DNA from: Azolla caroliniana
Lineage: Eukaryota; Plantae; Polypodiophyta
DNA length: 64,000 nucleotides
Direction: 5' to 3'
Assembly (NCBI GenBank): GCA_043228905.1
Contig: JBHGNT010000017.1
Location: 10,788,001-10,852,000 of the forward strand
Made by a program: the position numbers and the translations under genes. Under the pieces are notes generated by a model, which was not told where the DNA came from, made no database searches, and saw nothing but the letters and a program-made list of their open reading frames with translations. Every line of letters starts with the position of its first letter. Positions within the stretch are counted from its first letter, which is position 1. Below are positions 60,301 to 64,000 of the stretch, piece after piece.

Positions 60301-62312
60301 TCCGAATTGGCATGCTTCGCACACGCCCGTGATCTCCTTTGCCGTAAAGTTCGGGAGTCCGATTACGACTCCTTTTGTCTGCATATTCTAAAGCTTCTGG
60401 AGATTGATATGGCCGATTCTCTTGTGCCACAACTTTAAGTTGATTTCGACTTTCCGGCCTTTTGCGTACATGGCTGACTTTATTTCGCTCGACTCAAGGA
60501 TGAACATACGGCCTTCTCATTTACCGTGAGCTATGATTTGATCGCCTTTTTCAATGAAGCACCCATCATTGTTAAAGCGTACCTACATTCCTTGTTCTAC
60601 AATCTGGCCGATCGAGACCAGATTTTTCGTGATGGTGGGAACATGCAGTACGTTCTTGAGGTAGGTCTATTCGCCGTCGTTTCCGAAAGGGACATTCCCG
60701 ATATGTTGTATTGGATGAGTTGTATCATCACCTGTTTCGACATATCCGGGATGTTCGGGCTTCCGTTGTCGCGTTGTTACACGTGTGAGTGTAGAAGGGG
60801 CGGGACCACCGGGGTCTCGGACTAAGGAGTAGAGGAGAAAGAATAAGATATGTTTGGAAGCTTAGCTCAAGAGGAGAAGAAGAGAGAATAGGATCATGAC
60901 AAAGAAGGAGAGATCGGCGGAGGTAAGATACTCAACAAGATATATTAAAACAATGAATGGTTACAACAATGGTGGCCACATGGGCCGCACCAAACGACTA
61001 TGAGAAAACCCTAACCGAAGATGAATAAGGAAAACCCTAAACGAAACCCTAACCCTAAAATGGTAAGAACTCTAGACTAAGTGGTATACCTCTCATACGC
61101 AAAATAGGAAACCCCTTCATAAGTGACCCCTCCCTTCCTTTTATAGCCCAAGGAGGGAGGGACCTTACAATGTGGAATAAAATTTCCCCTCTTATTTCTA
61201 TACACCATTTCCTAGTATACATGTGCACATGTTGCACACCACCGACTTGCCCATTCCACCCCGATTTCACACCGTAGCCGGAAATTTTCACGACACCGTA
61301 ATTCTCGAAACCAATCTTCATGCGAAGTCATCTGATTGGAAGCTCCCGAATCGACAAACCATACACTATTAGGAGTGGAGGTGCTGGTTGTCGCAAATGC
61401 AGACATCGAGTGTGCTTCATGCTTCATTATGAACATTCTGCCACGATCGCCGTAGTTAGAGTTTGTGGCATAGTTCGTGAGTTGTTGGCCTGCCTCACGT
61501 TTCTTCTTCCGGCACTCTTCTTCGTAGTGGTCGGGTTTTCCGCAGTACCCGCACTCGACTGGGTTTCAGCGATTGCTCAGTCCGGCGTTATGACTCCCCC
61601 TTCCGCCAAGCTCTTTGGGCCCGTTCTTGTCCGCTTGCCACTGGTGGGAGTTATGCCCTTGATTCCGTCGATCATTATGGCCTTGTCCAGAACGACCTCT
61701 GTTTCCATGGCCAAAATCTCTTCTATTATCCGACTGGGAGTAGAGCAAATGACCATCTGATGCGTTGTTCCTCTATCGAGCGTGATTCTCTTCAACCAGC
61801 AATATCGATTGAAGGTCGAAGAAGGAGGAAGGGTTATCCCTTGCGAGAATAGCCGATCTAATTGCACCGAAACACGGTGCTAAGCCTCCGAGGCATATCT
61901 GCACTAGTTCGTCATCGTCAATGACGACGTTGATCGATCCGAGGGCGTCACATAGCTCCTTGATCTTCAAGGTATAGTTGCCGATTGACATGTCCCTTTG
62001 TTGAAGATTGTTCAGCTCCTGTCGAAGTTGGAGCTTTTGTGCGGCCGTATTGGCCGCGAAGATCTTCTTGAGGTTTTCCCACGCCTGCTTCGGCATTTTA
62101 GCCTCTCGAATGTAGCCAAGCATATGATCATGAACGCATGATGCAAGGCAATACAACACATGGCTTGCGGCCTGCTCCCAAGTGGGATAGTCAGCGTGTG
62201 TTGGGTTGGGGTGTGATTCATGAGCTCCTTCGGTGTAGCTCCAATAGCCTTGTCCGACAAGATATTGATGCATCTTGTATTCCCAAGATGCAAAGTTCGT
62301 TCAATCGAGCTT
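57194..62312 (-). mobile_element. Nested copia element lacking its 5' LTR (3' LTR 57194-57496)
   Basis: Gag 61773-62273, integrase remnants, RT/RH ORF 57586-58836 and PPT 57497-57505. Confidence 0.85.
60767..61295 (-). mobile_element. Solo LTR (TGTCG..CGACA family), 4-bp TSD CCGT
   Basis: ccgt|TGTCGCG...CACGACA|ccgt. Confidence 0.9.
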
Positions 62313-63390
62313 TGCCGGATCTCTCGATCGGTTTTGCCAGATCTTGATTTGTCCGAATCAACGCGCTTCTTCCAACACTCACTTTCCATGTGACCCTTTT
62401 TGCCACAGTACCAGCATTCCATGTTGGCCTTTCCTTGCCGGTTCCTGGCGCCGCTTTGACTCCCCCTACTTGTGGAGGGTCCGGAACTACTGTCGGCACC
62501 ACCTCTGTGCCTCCGGTCCTGCTCTTGCCGGCCGACCCACCTCGTCCACCATGTCATGGGGCCGATCTGTCTCCATGTACAACATCCGGTCGTCCTATTC
62601 AGTGGTCCTTGACCCACTTGCATGGTTTTCTTCGACCATCAACATCAATTGCAAGTTGAAGAAAGACGATGGTTTCGCCTGGGTGCAGATCGTTGTCCAG
62701 ATTGGCCCGTACCTTTGCGCTAGATCACCAAGGAAGATTTGTACCATCTCGTCTTCGTTCATTGTCACATTGATGGACCTGAGTGCGTCACAAATCTCCT
62801 TTATCTTGGTGGTGTAGTCCATAACCGACCTGTCTCTTTGCCAGATGTTGTTCAGCTCTTGCCGGAGTTGCAACTTACGAGTTGTGGTACTCATGGCGAA
62901 ATTCTTCCTCAGATTCCCCCAGGCCTCCTTCGGCGTTTTTACATCCTTTATGTAGCCGAGCATCTGGTCATGCACACAGGATGCGAGGCAGTACAATACT
63001 CGGTTCGCTCCTTGCTCCCAAACCTGGAAGTCATTGTGTGTCGGCTTCGGCGCTACCTCGTTCGTTCGTTTCACGAAGCTCCAATATCCATGTCCCAGCA
63101 GGTACTGGTGCATTTTATATGACCAGGACACGTAGTTTCTCCAGTCGAGCTTCTCTGTTGGAAGTGAACTCGCCATTTCTCTGTCCATATCTTCTCTTTT
63201 TCTGTTGTTACCGGGTATTAGGGGTTGTCTTCGAAAGCGTCTATCGGCTGCAGAGGTTCTAAACCCTTGCACTCTGATACCATGTGAATGTAAACGTGCG
63301 GAAGTGTTAGACAGAATCGGCTCAGCCGGATTGCAACAGAGAATAAGATGACGGTTTAATGGAGAATCTTAATACATAGAGAGTATACGC

Positions 63391-63490
<100 letters not shown>

Positions 63491-63799
63491 AGAACTTAAA
63501 CTCAATTCAAAATATCACTCTGAAAACTCTATACATACAACGTGCTAAACAACACTATTTATACAAGTCCATAAAGGATTGACAGAAGTACTGACAGGTA
63601 CTTCAATATTCCTACATGCAACTAACACTAACTACGAGACAATGATTACCTAGTAGTCTAGGCTACTACTAGGCTTCCGGTTCCCGCTCAAATTCGGCTC
63701 TCCGATCCGTCTCCCTAATCCGGTTGGTTGTTTCCGGATACTGATCCGGCTCAGGCTTCTTCAGACGATCCGGATCTGGTTGAGCTTGCTCGCTCAACA

Positions 63800-64000
63800 C
63801 AATGCTTTCCAGGATTCGCAAACTTCTATCAAACGTTTATACAAGACTACTCAAAGCTTATTTTTCCGCTCACATAACTTACAAAGAAGGGTCAATCGTT
63901 TGTTTGGTCTAAGGACGCGGACACGGATTTTGAGGGTCTTAAGAAAGCATTTACATCGGCTCCTGTTTTAGCTCATGTGGATCTGCAAAAACCATTTATC
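63800..64000 (+). mobile_element. Tcn1-like gypsy RT-connection fragment
   Basis: QCFPGFANFY..FIQDYSK..LKKAFTSAPVLAHVD. Confidence 0.8.

Overview
This window is a dense cluster of nested transposons from a plant genome, with no recognisable intact host gene. The mix of Tcn1-like chromoviruses, Ylt1-like gypsy elements and Sola-like transposases suggests a non-seed plant such as a fern, lycophyte or bryophyte (inference). It holds about ten Ty1/copia copies, one of them young with an open pol (29415-34872, TSD TGGCG), and one young full-length non-chromoviral Ty3/gypsy element with an extra 575-aa coiled-coil ORF (13952-22445, TSD ACACC). It also holds several Tcn1-like fragments, a TGTCG..CGACA gypsy family present mostly as solo LTRs, a hAT-type MITE and decayed Sola1- and Sola2-like transposase genes. 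Four observations stand out. (1) The young gypsy element has no polypurine tract; an inward-facing tRNA-Arg primer-binding-like site sits next to each LTR, suggesting tRNA priming of both DNA strands. (2) All six junctions of the TGTCG..CGACA family fall on 4-bp NCGN targets. (3) Two unrelated LTR families carry outward-facing tRNA-like A-box/B-box cassettes with identical 44-nt spacing. (4) The Sola1-like transposase is paired head-to-head with a spliced gene carrying a ParB/Srx-like motif. All coordinates were read by eye, and family and tRNA assignments come from remembered motifs rather than database searches.
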